Assembly (NCBI GenBank): GCA_944385765.1
Contig: CALWYL010000001.1
Location: forward strand, 23,556-87,555
DNA: 64,000 bases
From: an uncultured Oscillospiraceae bacterium
GTDB lineage: Bacteria > Bacillota > Clostridia > Oscillospirales > Oscillospiraceae
Reading direction: 5' to 3'
In this document: positions 21,268-30,882 of the stretch, in pieces
Numbering within the stretch: position 1 is the first letter of the stretch
Layout of the letters: each line of letters opens with the position of its first letter
Position numbers and translations under genes: made by a program
The notes under the pieces: generated by a model
Databases searched by the model: none
What the model saw: the letters and a program-made list of their open reading frames with translations, nothing else
What the model was told of the DNA's origin: nothing

Positions 21268-22971
21268 TCAGCCTCTGGCGAGCTCAACCCCCGTGTAATA
21301 GAAATTGACTATCTGGTCATAAGTAAAGCCGTAGGTGTCGGCCATGGCGTAGGCCCCGTACTGGCTCATGCCCAAGCTGTGCCCCCAGCCGGAGCCCTCA
21401 AAGGCGAAGCCGGAGCCTGTGTCCGTCACCGTGAAGTGTATGCTGGAGAGGCCTATGGTCGCCGTGCAGAGGGTGTAGCAGCTCTGGCCCTCAAAACTGG
21501 CCGTCCTCCCGGACGAGTCCGTGAACACCAGGCCTATCACGTTCCCCGTGTCCGAGTGCTCCGCCTCCACGGAGGCGATGCTGCCCAGCGAATGCCCTCC
21601 CCTGTTCACCAGCCTGGCGAGCTCGGAGTAGGAATAGCTCACTATCCAGCTGCTGCGGCTGTTCAAATCCGCCGCCGCGGCCTCATATGGGTCGAGCACG
21701 CCCCGCAGATAGGGCGTCACGCCGCCGGTTATGTTCTCGCTGTCCTCCGAGCCTCCTCCGTGGGAGGAGCTGAACATGGCGGATATGGGCTCGCCGTCAT
21801 ATGTTATGTAAACCCCAGCCGTCTCATCCACCGCCCTGTCGGAGCCGGCCGTGGAGAGGTTCGTGCCCCGATAGACCTGGCAGTATGTGTCGTTCGTCAC
21901 GTCGAAGCCATAATTAATATAGTATGTGCTGGAGCCGATGTAGCTGGCCACATAGGTCCTGGCGCAGAGCGCCTGGGCCTTCAGCGCCTCCAGCGGCCAG
22001 TCCGCGCTCATCTCGTAGGTGATGACGCCCTTGACATAGTCCTCTATGTCCACCACGTTCACCACGGTGAGCTTGCCGCCCGTGCGCCGCGAATACTCGA
22101 ACCCGCCGTTGTAGGTGTATCCCTTGAACCAGGTCTCGGTCTTCTCCCCGCCGCTCCGGGGCTGCACGCCGAGGCTCCTGCCGCTGCCGCAGTCGAACTC
22201 GAAGAGTATCTTGGCGTCCGAGGTGCGGGTGACCACCACGCAGTAGGCGCTGGCCGAGAAGGCCTCGCCCTGTATGCCCCTGGCCGCGGCGTCCGAGGCC
22301 GCGGCGGCGGCGCTGTCGTAGTCTCCCACCAGCGCGCGGAACACGCCGTCATAATAGGCCGGGAAGCCGTCTCCGTACTGAGCGCAGGCCGCCTGCGCGG
22401 CGTCAAAGCTGTCGTAGGTCCCCGGCAGGAGTATGTGGTAGCAGCCCACATGGCCTCCGCCGGTCTCCACGTTCCTGTCCATGGCCATGGTGATGGCCCT
22501 CTCGTCCGTGTAGCCGAGGGCGTGGAACTCCCGAGCGGAGTCGTAGTAGCCCAGGGCGTAGCCGCTGCCCACCTCGTTCTCCAGGTTGGCGTACTCCAGA
22601 GTGGGGTTGCGCAGCGAGCTTTCCGAATCGTAGTAGTAGAGCCCCACGCGCACCTTGTCATAGGGCAGGTCGATGCTGCCCGTCACGGAGAGGTGCCCCG
22701 GCGCCCCCGTGGGGGTCTCCGCGGCCTCTCCCCCGCCCTGGAGGGTGCTGAGGCCGGAGCCCGTCATCACGTACACCTCGTCCAGCCCCAGCTGCGCCGT
22801 GCTGCCGTCTCCGGCTATGGCGTAGGCCGAGCCTATGCCGCCGGGGAGCACGTCCGCAGAGCCGTTGACAAAGATATCGCCGGCGGCGGAGCCGCCCAGG
22901 CTCAGCGCGCCCAGCAGGCAGCACAGCGCCAGCGACGCGCCGAATATTCTCCTCAAATTTCTCCTGTACAT
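21268..22971 (-). CDS. SpoIID/LytB domain protein, secreted
   Basis: Signal peptide, then ...YVKGVITYEMSADWPLEALKAQALCARTY...QVYRG...GHSLGMSQYGA. Confidence 0.8.
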   Translation of the reverse strand: MYRRNLRRIFGASLALCCLLGALSLGGSAAGDIFVNGSADVLPGGIGSAYAIAGDGSTAQLGLDEVYVMTGSGLSTLQGGGEAAETPTGAPGHLSVTGSIDLPYDKVRVGLYYYDSESSLRNPTLEYANLENEVGSGYALGYYDSAREFHALGYTDERAITMAMDRNVETGGGHVGCYHILLPGTYDSFDAAQAACAQYGDGFPAYYDGVFRALVGDYDSAAAAASDAAARGIQGEAFSASAYCVVVTRTSDAKILFEFDCGSGRSLGVQPRSGGEKTETWFKGYTYNGGFEYSRRTGGKLTVVNVVDIEDYVKGVITYEMSADWPLEALKAQALCARTYVASYIGSSTYYINYGFDVTNDTYCQVYRGTNLSTAGSDRAVDETAGVYITYDGEPISAMFSSSHGGGSEDSENITGGVTPYLRGVLDPYEAAAADLNSRSSWIVSYSYSELARLVNRGGHSLGSIASVEAEHSDTGNVIGLVFTDSSGRTASFEGQSCYTLCTATIGLSSIHFTVTDTGSGFAFEGSGWGHSLGMSQYGAYAMADTYGFTYDQIVNFYYTGVELARG

Positions 22972-23167
22972 CTGTTCACCTTTTGAAGATTTATTGACTG
23001 CCGCTCTCAGCGGTGGTAAAATTGACGCGCGGATGCTATTCACGCCGCTGTTTCGACTCATTATGACATTATAAATGCAAAAACGCCCGAATGCAAGCTC
23101 TGTGGAGCGGAATTATTTTACTCCCCTCCGAATAGGCTTGGGGGTACGGGGAAAGGAAGGATGCAGC

Positions 23168-24253
23168 ATGGAAAAATACAAGGTGGGCGTCATAGGCGCC
23201 ACCGGCATGGTGGGACAGCGCTTCGTCACTCTCATATCGGCCCACCCCTGGTTCGAGCTCTCCGTGGTGGCGGCCAGCGCCCGCAGCGCCGGCAAGACCT
23301 ACGAGGAGGCCGTGGGCAAGCGCTGGGCGCTCGACGTGCCCATGCCCGATTGCGCCCGCCCCCTGGTCATACGCGACGCCTCCGACGTGGCCTCCGTCAC
23401 AGCCGACGTGGACTTCGTGTTCTCCGCCGTGGATATGAAAAAGGAGGAGATTCTGGCCCTGGAGGAGGAGTACGCCCGCGCTGAGTGCCCCGTCGTGTCC
23501 AACAACAGCGCCAACCGCTGGACCCCGGACGTGCCCATGGTGATACCGGAGATAAATCCCCATCACCTCGAGGTGATACCGTATCAGAAGAAGCGCCTCG
23601 GCACCACCCGGGGCTTCATCGCCGTCAAGAGCAACTGCTCCATCCAGAGCTATGTGCCCGCCCTCTCCCCCCTGAGGGAGGAGTTCGGCCTGTCTCGCGT
23701 GCTCGCCTGCACCTATCAGGCCATCTCCGGCGCCGGCAAGACCTTCGACACCTGGCCCGAGATGCGCGACAACGTCATCCCCTATATCGGCGGCGAGGAG
23801 GAGAAGAGCGAACAGGAGCCCATGAAGGTGTGGGGCGTCCTCTCCGACGGCGTTATCAAGAGCGCGGAGAGGCCGCTTATCACCGCCCAGTGTTTCCGTG
23901 TCGCCGCCTCCAACGGCCACATGGCCGCCGTGTTCGTCAGCTTCGACAAAAAGCCCTCCCGCGAGGAGATTCTCCAGCGCTGGGCCTCGTACAGAGGCCG
24001 CCCGCAGGAGCTGGGCCTCCCCAGCGCCCCCAGGCAGTTCCTGCGCTACTTCGACGAGCCCGACCGCCCGCAGACCCGCCTGGACCGAATGAACGAGGGC
24101 GGCATGCAGATTTCCATAGGCCGCCTGCGCGAGGACACTCAGTACGACTACAAGTTCGCCTGCCTCTCGCACAACACGCTGCGCGGCGCCGCCGGCGGAG
24201 CCGTGGAGCTGGCGGAGCTCCTCTGCGCCGAGGGCTATATAGGCAAAAAGTAG
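23168..24253 (+). CDS. asd: aspartate-semialdehyde dehydrogenase
   Basis: MEKYKVGVIGATGMVGQRF...SNCSIQ (active-site Cys). Confidence 0.9.
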   Translation: MEKYKVGVIGATGMVGQRFVTLISAHPWFELSVVAASARSAGKTYEEAVGKRWALDVPMPDCARPLVIRDASDVASVTADVDFVFSAVDMKKEEILALEEEYARAECPVVSNNSANRWTPDVPMVIPEINPHHLEVIPYQKKRLGTTRGFIAVKSNCSIQSYVPALSPLREEFGLSRVLACTYQAISGAGKTFDTWPEMRDNVIPYIGGEEEKSEQEPMKVWGVLSDGVIKSAERPLITAQCFRVAASNGHMAAVFVSFDKKPSREEILQRWASYRGRPQELGLPSAPRQFLRYFDEPDRPQTRLDRMNEGGMQISIGRLREDTQYDYKFACLSHNTLRGAAGGAVELAELLCAEGYIGKK

Positions 24254-24304
24254 TGGCTCACCGAGCCGCCCCATAAATAACTACAACTTCAGGAGGTATC
24301 AAAA

Positions 24305-25198
24305 ATGGCCAAGACACCGATATTCACCGGCTCATGTACCGCCATAGTCACGCCCTATCTGGAAAACGGCGTCGACTACGAAAAATACGCCGAACTGCTG
24401 GAGTTCCAGTACGCCGGAGGCACCTCCGCCATATTGGTCTGCGGGACCACGGGCGAGAACCCCACCCACACTGAGGCGGAGCACAACCGCCTGGTCGAGC
24501 TCACGGTCGAGAAGTGCCGCGGCCGCATGAAGGTCATCGTGGGCGTCGGCGGCTACAACACCGAGCACGTCCTCGCCCAGGCCAAACAGGCCGAGTCCTG
24601 CGGGGCCGACGGCATACTGATGGTCACGCCCTACTACAACAAGACCACCCAGAAGGGCCTGGTGGCCCACTTCAGCTATGTGGCCGACCGCTGTTCCGTC
24701 CCCATGATAATCTACAACGTCCCCTCCCGCACCGGCATCGGCGTCAAGCCCGCCACCTATCTCGAGCTCTCAAAGCACCCCAACATCAACGGCGTCAAGG
24801 AGGCCAGCGGCAACATCGCCGAGTACGCCCTCACCCGCTCCATGTGCGGCGACGAGCTGGTGTTCTGGAGCGGCAACGACTCCGACACCGTGCCCATGAT
24901 GTCCCTGGGGGCCATGGGCGTCATCTCCGTGGCCTCCAATATCATCCCCGCCGAGGTGGCGAAGCTCTGCCAGCTCTGCGAGGGCGGCGACTTCCGCTCC
25001 GCCTCGGAGCTCTATTTCAAGCTGGCCGACTTCTTCGACAAGCTCTTCATCGAGACCAACCCCATCCCCATAAAGACGGCCATGAACCTCGCCGGCATGG
25101 GCGTCGGCAAGCTGCGCCTGCCCCTGGTGGACATGGCCGAGGGCACCAGGGCCAAGCTCATCGAGAGCATGCACGCTCTGGGTATCAAGACCGTCTGA
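24305..25198 (+). CDS. dapA: 4-hydroxy-tetrahydrodipicolinate synthase
   Basis: TAIVTPY...GTTGE...YNKTTQ...YNVPSRT, with an AGGAGG RBS. Confidence 0.95.
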   Translation: MAKTPIFTGSCTAIVTPYLENGVDYEKYAELLEFQYAGGTSAILVCGTTGENPTHTEAEHNRLVELTVEKCRGRMKVIVGVGGYNTEHVLAQAKQAESCGADGILMVTPYYNKTTQKGLVAHFSYVADRCSVPMIIYNVPSRTGIGVKPATYLELSKHPNINGVKEASGNIAEYALTRSMCGDELVFWSGNDSDTVPMMSLGAMGVISVASNIIPAEVAKLCQLCEGGDFRSASELYFKLADFFDKLFIETNPIPIKTAMNLAGMGVGKLRLPLVDMAEGTRAKLIESMHALGIKTV

Positions 25199-25209
25199 GG
25201 TAGCACGAC

Positions 25210-25974
25210 ATGCTTAAGATAATCGTCTCGGGCTGCAACGGCCACATGGGCCAGTCCGTGGTCGGCATCTGCTCCGGCCTGGAAGACGTGGAGATAGTCG
25301 CCGGCTTCAACCGCACCCCCATAAGCCGCAACGGTTTTCCCGTGTACTCCGACCCCATGGAGTTCACCGGCGAGGCCGACGCCGTGATAGACTTCTCCAA
25401 TCCCGCCAACCTCATCGCCCTGCTGCGCTTTTCCGTGGAGCGGCAGATACCCTTGGTGCTCTGCACCACCGGCTATTCGGAGCAGCAGCTCGCCGAGATA
25501 GACGAGGCCGCCCAAAAAGTCCCCGTGTTCAAGTCCGGCAACATGTCCCTCGGCGTCAACCTGATGATGAATCTCATCCGGCGCGCCGCCTCCGTGCTCA
25601 GCGGCTTCGACATCGAGATAGTCGAGCGCCACCACCGCCGCAAGGTCGACGCCCCCAGCGGCACCGCGCTCATGCTCGCCGGCTCGCTCGCCGAGGCCCT
25701 GCCCTATGAGCCCGAGCTGGTCTACGAGCGCCACAGCGTGCGCCAGCCGCGCGGCGGCCGGGAGATAGGCGTCTCCTCTATCCGCGGCGGCACCATAGTT
25801 GGCGAGCACGAGGTCATTTTCGCCGGGCTGGACGAGGTGCTGGAGATAAAGCACTCCGCCCTCTCGCGCGACGTGTTTGCCTCCGGGGCCATCACCGCCG
25901 CCAGGTACATAGCCGGTGTCAGCCGGCCGGGCATGTACGACATGGACGACGCGCTCTCGGAGATAATGAAATGA
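25210..25974 (+). CDS. dapB: 4-hydroxy-tetrahydrodipicolinate reductase
   Basis: IVSGCNGHMGQ...EIVERHHRRKVDAPSGTA. Confidence 0.9.
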   Translation: MLKIIVSGCNGHMGQSVVGICSGLEDVEIVAGFNRTPISRNGFPVYSDPMEFTGEADAVIDFSNPANLIALLRFSVERQIPLVLCTTGYSEQQLAEIDEAAQKVPVFKSGNMSLGVNLMMNLIRRAASVLSGFDIEIVERHHRRKVDAPSGTALMLAGSLAEALPYEPELVYERHSVRQPRGGREIGVSSIRGGTIVGEHEVIFAGLDEVLEIKHSALSRDVFASGAITAARYIAGVSRPGMYDMDDALSEIMK

Positions 25975-25993
25975 GCCGGACGGAGGCTTGTAA

Positions 25994-26932
25994 ATGCAAA
26001 AGCTCTCGATAATAGTCCCCTGCTACAACGAGGAGGAGACGGTAAAACTGTTTTACGACGAGGCGGACCGCGTGCTCGCCTCGCTCGAGGACATGGACTG
26101 GGAGTTCATCTTCGTGGACGACGGCTCCGCGGACGGCACCATACTCGCCCTGCGCCGCCTGGCGGAGGGCGACTCCCATGTCCGCTACCTCTCCTTCTCC
26201 CGCAATTTCGGCAAGGAGGCCGCCATGTACGCCGGGCTGCAGGCCGCCCGCGGGGACTATGTGTGCATAATGGACGTCGATTTGCAGGACCCTCCCTCCC
26301 TGCTCCCGGAGCTGCTGCGCTCCGTGCGCGAGGAGGGCTATGACTGCGCCGCCGTCCGCCGCGTCACCCGCAAGGGCGAGCCGCGCGTGCGCTCCTTCTT
26401 CGCCCGCATGTTCTATAAGATAGTGAATAAGATAAGCCGCACCGAGATAGTGGACGGTGCGCGCGATTACCGATTGATGACCCGCCAGATGGTGGACTCC
26501 ATTCTGGAGATAACCGAGGTGAACCGCTTCTCCAAGGGCATATTCTCCTGGGTGGGTTACAACACCAGGTGGGTGGAGACCGAGAACGTCCCCCGCGCCG
26601 CCGGCAAGACCAAGTGGTCCTTCTTCAAGCTGCTCATCTACGCGCTGGACGGCGTCATCGCCTTCTCCACCGCCCCGCTGGCCATCTCCTCCATCCTGGG
26701 GCTGCTCTTCTGCGCCATATCCTTCCTGGCCATTATTTTTGTAATAGTCCGCCAGCTCGTCTGGGGCGGCAGCGCGTTTGGCTGGCCCTCTCTGGTGTGC
26801 ATAATTCTCTTCCTGACGGGTATACAGCTCTTCTGCATAGGCATCCTGGGCCAGTACATCTCCAAGATACACATGGAGGTAAAGGACAGGCCCGTCTACA
26901 TCGTCCGCGAGAGGGGCGGCCGGGATGACTGA
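25994..26932 (+). CDS. family-2 glycosyltransferase, polyprenyl-phosphate sugar synthase type (GtrB/CsbB-like)
   Basis: SIIVPCYNEE...VDDGSADGT...MDVDLQDPP, plus 2 C-terminal TM segments. Confidence 0.85.
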   Translation: MQKLSIIVPCYNEEETVKLFYDEADRVLASLEDMDWEFIFVDDGSADGTILALRRLAEGDSHVRYLSFSRNFGKEAAMYAGLQAARGDYVCIMDVDLQDPPSLLPELLRSVREEGYDCAAVRRVTRKGEPRVRSFFARMFYKIVNKISRTEIVDGARDYRLMTRQMVDSILEITEVNRFSKGIFSWVGYNTRWVETENVPRAAGKTKWSFFKLLIYALDGVIAFSTAPLAISSILGLLFCAISFLAIIFVIVRQLVWGGSAFGWPSLVCIILFLTGIQLFCIGILGQYISKIHMEVKDRPVYIVRERGGRDD

Positions 26933-29288
26933 GCGCCGCGCCGCGGCGCACCTGGCCGCCTTCCTCCTCCCCTGTCTGCTGCTCCTGGCCGTCTACGCCT
27001 CCATGGGCATGTGGCCCTGGGGCGACAAGACCATACTCGCCTCTGACATGGCCGACCAGTACGTGGAGTTCTTCTGCGCGCTGAAGCACGGCGATGTCTA
27101 TTTTTCGTGGTCCAAGGCCCTCGGCAGCTCTTATATCGGCGTTTTCAGCTACTATGTCTCCAGCCCCCTCTCGCTGCTCACCCTCCTGGTGCCCAACGAG
27201 TATATGCCCTGCGGCCTCATGTTCCTCTGCTGCCTGAAAGTGGGCCTCATCGGCCTCTCCTTCTCCCTCTTTTACCGCCGCCGCTTCGGGCGCGCCGGAG
27301 CGCCCTGCCTGCTCTTCTCCCTCTGCTACGCGCTCTGCTCCTACGTGGCCGCCTACTCCCTCTGCATCATGTGGCTCGACGGCCTGATATGGCTCCCCGT
27401 CATCCTGCTGGCCCTCGACCGTCTGCTCACAGAGCGCCGGGGAGCACTGCTCACGGCCGCCCTCTCGCTCTGCTTTCTCTCTACCTGGTACATCTCGTAC
27501 ATGATAGGCGGCTTCTGCCTGCTCTGGCTGCTCTGCTCCGCCGCCCGGGGAGAAATACCCCTGCGCGCCGCCGCGCCGGGCCCCGTTTCCCCCGCTTTTA
27601 CCCCCGTTTGCCCCCGCTCTTCCTCCGCCCCATCCCCGGATGCGCTCCCTCTGCCGCGCGCCCTGCTCGCCCTCGTGCAGCGCGCTCTGCTGGCGCTGAT
27701 GCTCACCAGCCCCGTCTGGCTGCCCAGCTTCCTCGCCATGTTCAGCGGCAAGCTCTCCGACGCCACGGCGGACTATCCCTCCCTCGTGAACCTGGATTTG
27801 TCCTTCTTCAGGCAATTTCTGCCTGGGCAGTACAGCTCCATAACCTCATCCGCTCTGCCGTATATTTTCAGCGGCACCATAGTGACGCTGCTGGCAATAG
27901 TCTATTTCTTCCTCAAGCCCATACCGGTCAGGCGCCGCGCCGCCATGGCCGCCCTCATATGCGTTCTCATCCTCTCCATGTCGCTCTCTCCCCTCGACAA
28001 GGTCTGGCACCTCTTTAAATTCCCCAACTGGTTCCCCTTCAGATACGCCTTCTTGCTCTCTTTCACCCTGATATTTACCGCGGCCGAGGCTGCGCAGTTC
28101 GTCTTTCCCCGCCTCCCGCGTCTCGTCTCCCCCGCCCTGCTGCTGCTCACCGCCGCCGAGCTCGCGCTCAATACCTCCGTCATCCTCAGAGGCATTGACT
28201 CCCAGTTCCACTATGAGAGCTTTCAGTCGTATTACCAGTATTATACTGAAACAGAGGCCCTTGTGCAGGCCGCGGAGCAGGATGATTCTGACAGCTTCTG
28301 CCGCATAGGCGCCACGGACGACCGCGGCTTCAACAGCCCTCTGTCCTTCGGCTACCCCGGCATAACCCACTACAGCAGCCTCTACAGCAGGGACGTCAAC
28401 TCCGCCCTGAAGTCCCTGGGCCTGGCCCAGAGCTGGATGTGGAGCGCCTATTACGGCTCCACTCCCCTCACCGACGCCCTCTTCGGCGTCAAATATGTCA
28501 TCTCTCCCTCTCAGCAGCCCCTGTATGAGCCCCTGGTCTCCGCGGGCCAGTACTGGCTCTGGAAGAGCGGGAACTCCCTCCCCCTGGCCTTTCTCGCCGC
28601 GTCGGCTCCCCCGGAGCTGTCCTCCGGCAGCCCCATCGAGCGGCAAAACGAGCTGTTTCGCGCCCTCAGCGGCACCGGGACAGATGTTTTCAGCCCGGTT
28701 ATCCCCCAGGTAACCCATGCCGGCGGCTCGGTCACGCTCAGCTTCACCGGCAGCGGCCGGCCCATCTACGCCGATCTCTCAGCCTATTCCCTGGAGGCCC
28801 TGTATCTCAATGGGCAATTCGTCACCTGGCTGAACACCGATGAGACCCGCTCCGTCCATCTCCTGGCCTGTCCGGCCAGCGGCGAGACGGCAGAGGTGAC
28901 AATCACCGGCTCCGCCGCCGGCGCCATCGACTGGTCCTCCGCCTGCTGGGAGCTGGACCCAGACGCCCTGTCCGAACTCTGCGCCTCGCTGGACAACACC
29001 GGCGGCCTGAGCGTAGACGGCGCCGCCGTCTGCCTGAGCTACTCCTCACAGAACAGCCGCGTGCTGGCCACCACGATTCCGGCAGAGCCCGGCTGGCGCG
29101 CCTATCTGGACGGGGAGCGCGTGGAGACCGGCGAGCTGCTGGGGGCCTTCCTCACCGTACAGGCCCCCGCTGGGGAGCATTCCGTGGCCTTCCGCTATAC
29201 TCCCCCCGGGCTGCCGCTCTCCCTGCTCCTGGCCGCCGCCTCACTTCCCCTGATTTATCTGGTTGAGCGGCGGAAAAAAGGCCGGTGA
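26925..29288 (+). CDS. YfhO family polytopic membrane glycosyltransferase
   Basis: 787 aa with a multi-TM N-terminal half and a large extracytoplasmic C-domain. The start overlaps the upstream GT2 gene. Confidence 0.75.
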   Translation: MTERRAAAHLAAFLLPCLLLLAVYASMGMWPWGDKTILASDMADQYVEFFCALKHGDVYFSWSKALGSSYIGVFSYYVSSPLSLLTLLVPNEYMPCGLMFLCCLKVGLIGLSFSLFYRRRFGRAGAPCLLFSLCYALCSYVAAYSLCIMWLDGLIWLPVILLALDRLLTERRGALLTAALSLCFLSTWYISYMIGGFCLLWLLCSAARGEIPLRAAAPGPVSPAFTPVCPRSSSAPSPDALPLPRALLALVQRALLALMLTSPVWLPSFLAMFSGKLSDATADYPSLVNLDLSFFRQFLPGQYSSITSSALPYIFSGTIVTLLAIVYFFLKPIPVRRRAAMAALICVLILSMSLSPLDKVWHLFKFPNWFPFRYAFLLSFTLIFTAAEAAQFVFPRLPRLVSPALLLLTAAELALNTSVILRGIDSQFHYESFQSYYQYYTETEALVQAAEQDDSDSFCRIGATDDRGFNSPLSFGYPGITHYSSLYSRDVNSALKSLGLAQSWMWSAYYGSTPLTDALFGVKYVISPSQQPLYEPLVSAGQYWLWKSGNSLPLAFLAASAPPELSSGSPIERQNELFRALSGTGTDVFSPVIPQVTHAGGSVTLSFTGSGRPIYADLSAYSLEALYLNGQFVTWLNTDETRSVHLLACPASGETAEVTITGSAAGAIDWSSACWELDPDALSELCASLDNTGGLSVDGAAVCLSYSSQNSRVLATTIPAEPGWRAYLDGERVETGELLGAFLTVQAPAGEHSVAFRYTPPGLPLSLLLAAASLPLIYLVERRKKGR

Positions 29289-29318
29289 GCCCTCTCTCCG
29301 TCCTCTCGCAGATAGCGC

Positions 29319-29353
29319 AAAAGAGCCCCGGCACTTGCCGGGGCTCTTTTTTA
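29319..29353. terminator. bidirectional terminator
   Basis: AAA, stem AGAGCCCCGGC, loop actt, stem GCCGGGGCTCT, then TTTTT. Confidence 0.65.
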
Positions 29354-29357
29354 TACG

Positions 29358-29708
29358 TCAGCTCTTCTTTTCCGCCGAGACTATCTCCTCCAGCAATTCC
29401 ATCGCCCGGCCCACTATTTCCTCTATCCCCTGTCTGCCGGGGGACTCATAGTGTATGCCGCAAACGGCCGTCACGGCGCAGCCCAGTTCCCTGGCGAGGC
29501 GCCCGGCAAACCGGTCCCCCACCACGTCGTCCCTGTGCCCCGGCAGCAGCAAGGTCTCCGTCCGCAGCTCCCCGCCGTCGTAATACGCCGTGCTGACGCT
29601 GCCAATGTGCGGCGCACAGCCGCCTGTTATCTCCACCAGCATGTCTCCGCCCAGCCTCTCGGTCCTGGCGGTCAGCATCTGGCCAAGCACCTCTCTCTCG
29701 TATCTCAC
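29358..29708 (-). CDS. LpdD-like small protein (putative prenylated-flavin chaperone family)
   Basis: Motifs ITGGCAPHIGSVS...GHRDDVVGDRFAGRLAREL...AVCGIHY resemble my recalled LpdD motifs VTGGTNPHIGDV...HDGRFHKD...AGIHV. The GTG start overlaps the HD-gene stop. Confidence 0.45.
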   Translation of the reverse strand: MRYEREVLGQMLTARTERLGGDMLVEITGGCAPHIGSVSTAYYDGGELRTETLLLPGHRDDVVGDRFAGRLARELGCAVTAVCGIHYESPGRQGIEEIVGRAMELLEEIVSAEKKS

Positions 29709-30247
29709 GCGGTCATGGCCTCCAGAGTCAGCGCGGCCAGCTCCTGCACGCTTATCCCCAGCATCTCAGCGCCCTGGTTTATCACGTCCCTGGAGCAGCC
29801 GGCGGCGAATTTCTTGTCCTTGAACTTCTTCATCACGCTCTTGACCTCCATGCCCTCATAGCCCGTGGGGCGCATGAGCGCCGCGGCGCCTATGAGCCCG
29901 GTGAACTCGTCCACCGCGAAGAGGTACTTCTCCATCAGCCGCTCCGGCTGCACGTCGCATACCAGGCCGTAGCCGTGGCTGGCCACCGCGTGTATCACGC
30001 TCTCGTCCACGTCCAGCTCCCGCAGCAGTTCCTGGGCCTTGACGCAGTGCTGCTCCGGCCACTGCTCGAAGTCTATGTCGTGCAGAATGCCCACCGCCGT
30101 CCAGTAGTCCTCATTTCCCGGGTCATACTGCCGGGCGATGTGCCCCATGACCTTGCCCACGGTCTCCGCGTGCTGTATATGGAACGGCTCCGTGTTGTAC
30201 CTCTTTATCAGCTCGAGCGCCTGCTCCGGCGTGGGGACATAGCTCAT
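29705..30247 (-). CDS. HD-domain metal-dependent phosphohydrolase
   Basis: FHIQHAETV...GILHDID...ASHGY. Start 30247 lies 7 nt from GGAGG. Confidence 0.75.
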   Translation of the reverse strand: MSYVPTPEQALELIKRYNTEPFHIQHAETVGKVMGHIARQYDPGNEDYWTAVGILHDIDFEQWPEQHCVKAQELLRELDVDESVIHAVASHGYGLVCDVQPERLMEKYLFAVDEFTGLIGAAALMRPTGYEGMEVKSVMKKFKDKKFAAGCSRDVINQGAEMLGISVQELAALTLEAMTA

Positions 30248-30420
30248 GTTCATACCTCCAACTGAAGATTTTTCCCTATCATAATACCCCAAGTGGCAAA
30301 ATGCAAGCCCGTGTGGGCGATTTCACTCTGTTTCCGCTCCCATGTCACCCGCGCAGTGGCGAGCGCATATCCTGAGACGAGGGTCACCCCTCACAGGCTT
30401 CACCCAAGGAGGACTTGAAA

Positions 30421-30879
30421 TTGGAAAACAACAAACCCAACGGCAGCGGCTGCGCCTATAAGCAGGGCAGCCTGCCGTCCTGCGCCCCTCTGGCCGCGGC
30501 CTACGTGCCCATGCAGACGTCGAGCGAGCCGGCCTATTCCAGCGGAGAGGCCCTCTCCAGAGGCACGCTCTTCCCCGGACTCGACCTGCCGTTCCAGAAC
30601 ATCGTCAACAAGATGCCCGCCGACAGCACGCCCCTGCGCGAGCTGATGGCGCTGAATTTCGTGCTGCAGGAGCTGGCGCTGTACCTGGATACGCACCAGA
30701 GCGACTCCGCGGCCTTCGCCACCTACAAGAGCTTCCTGCAGCTGTACAACGACGGCAGGAGCAAATACGTGGAGCTCTACGGCCCCATAACCCGCTCCGA
30801 CCTGGCCCTCTCCGCCAGCTACGACTGGCTGAAGGGTCCCTGGCCATGGGAGTACGTCAACGGCAGCACGGAGGGCTGA
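30421..30879 (+). CDS. fused spore-coat proteins CotJA-CotJB
   Basis: N-terminal half has LAAAYVPMQ...EALSRGTLFPGLDLPF (CotJA motif). C-terminal half has LALYLDTHQSD...YGPI...WLKGPWPWE (CotJB motif). The second TTG (30421) lies 8 nt from GGAGG. Confidence 0.75.
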   Translation: MENNKPNGSGCAYKQGSLPSCAPLAAAYVPMQTSSEPAYSSGEALSRGTLFPGLDLPFQNIVNKMPADSTPLRELMALNFVLQELALYLDTHQSDSAAFATYKSFLQLYNDGRSKYVELYGPITRSDLALSASYDWLKGPWPWEYVNGSTEG

Positions 30880-30882
30880 GTC

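Noticed and set aside
19354-22986. A 1210-aa plus-strand ORF, the longest in the track.
   Set aside because: It is antisense to three well-supported minus-strand genes: the TylF-like MTase, queA and the SpoIID-domain gene. Its translation is low-complexity and rich in Arg/Ala/Gly/His/Pro, with no motifs. This is the typical stop-free shadow frame of high-GC DNA.
30293-30414. A mother-cell sigma-factor promoter for cotJ (CATATCCT as a sigma-E/K -10 at about 30366).
   Set aside because: Only a partial -10 match exists, with no convincing -35 at the proper spacing. It cannot be called from sequence alone.
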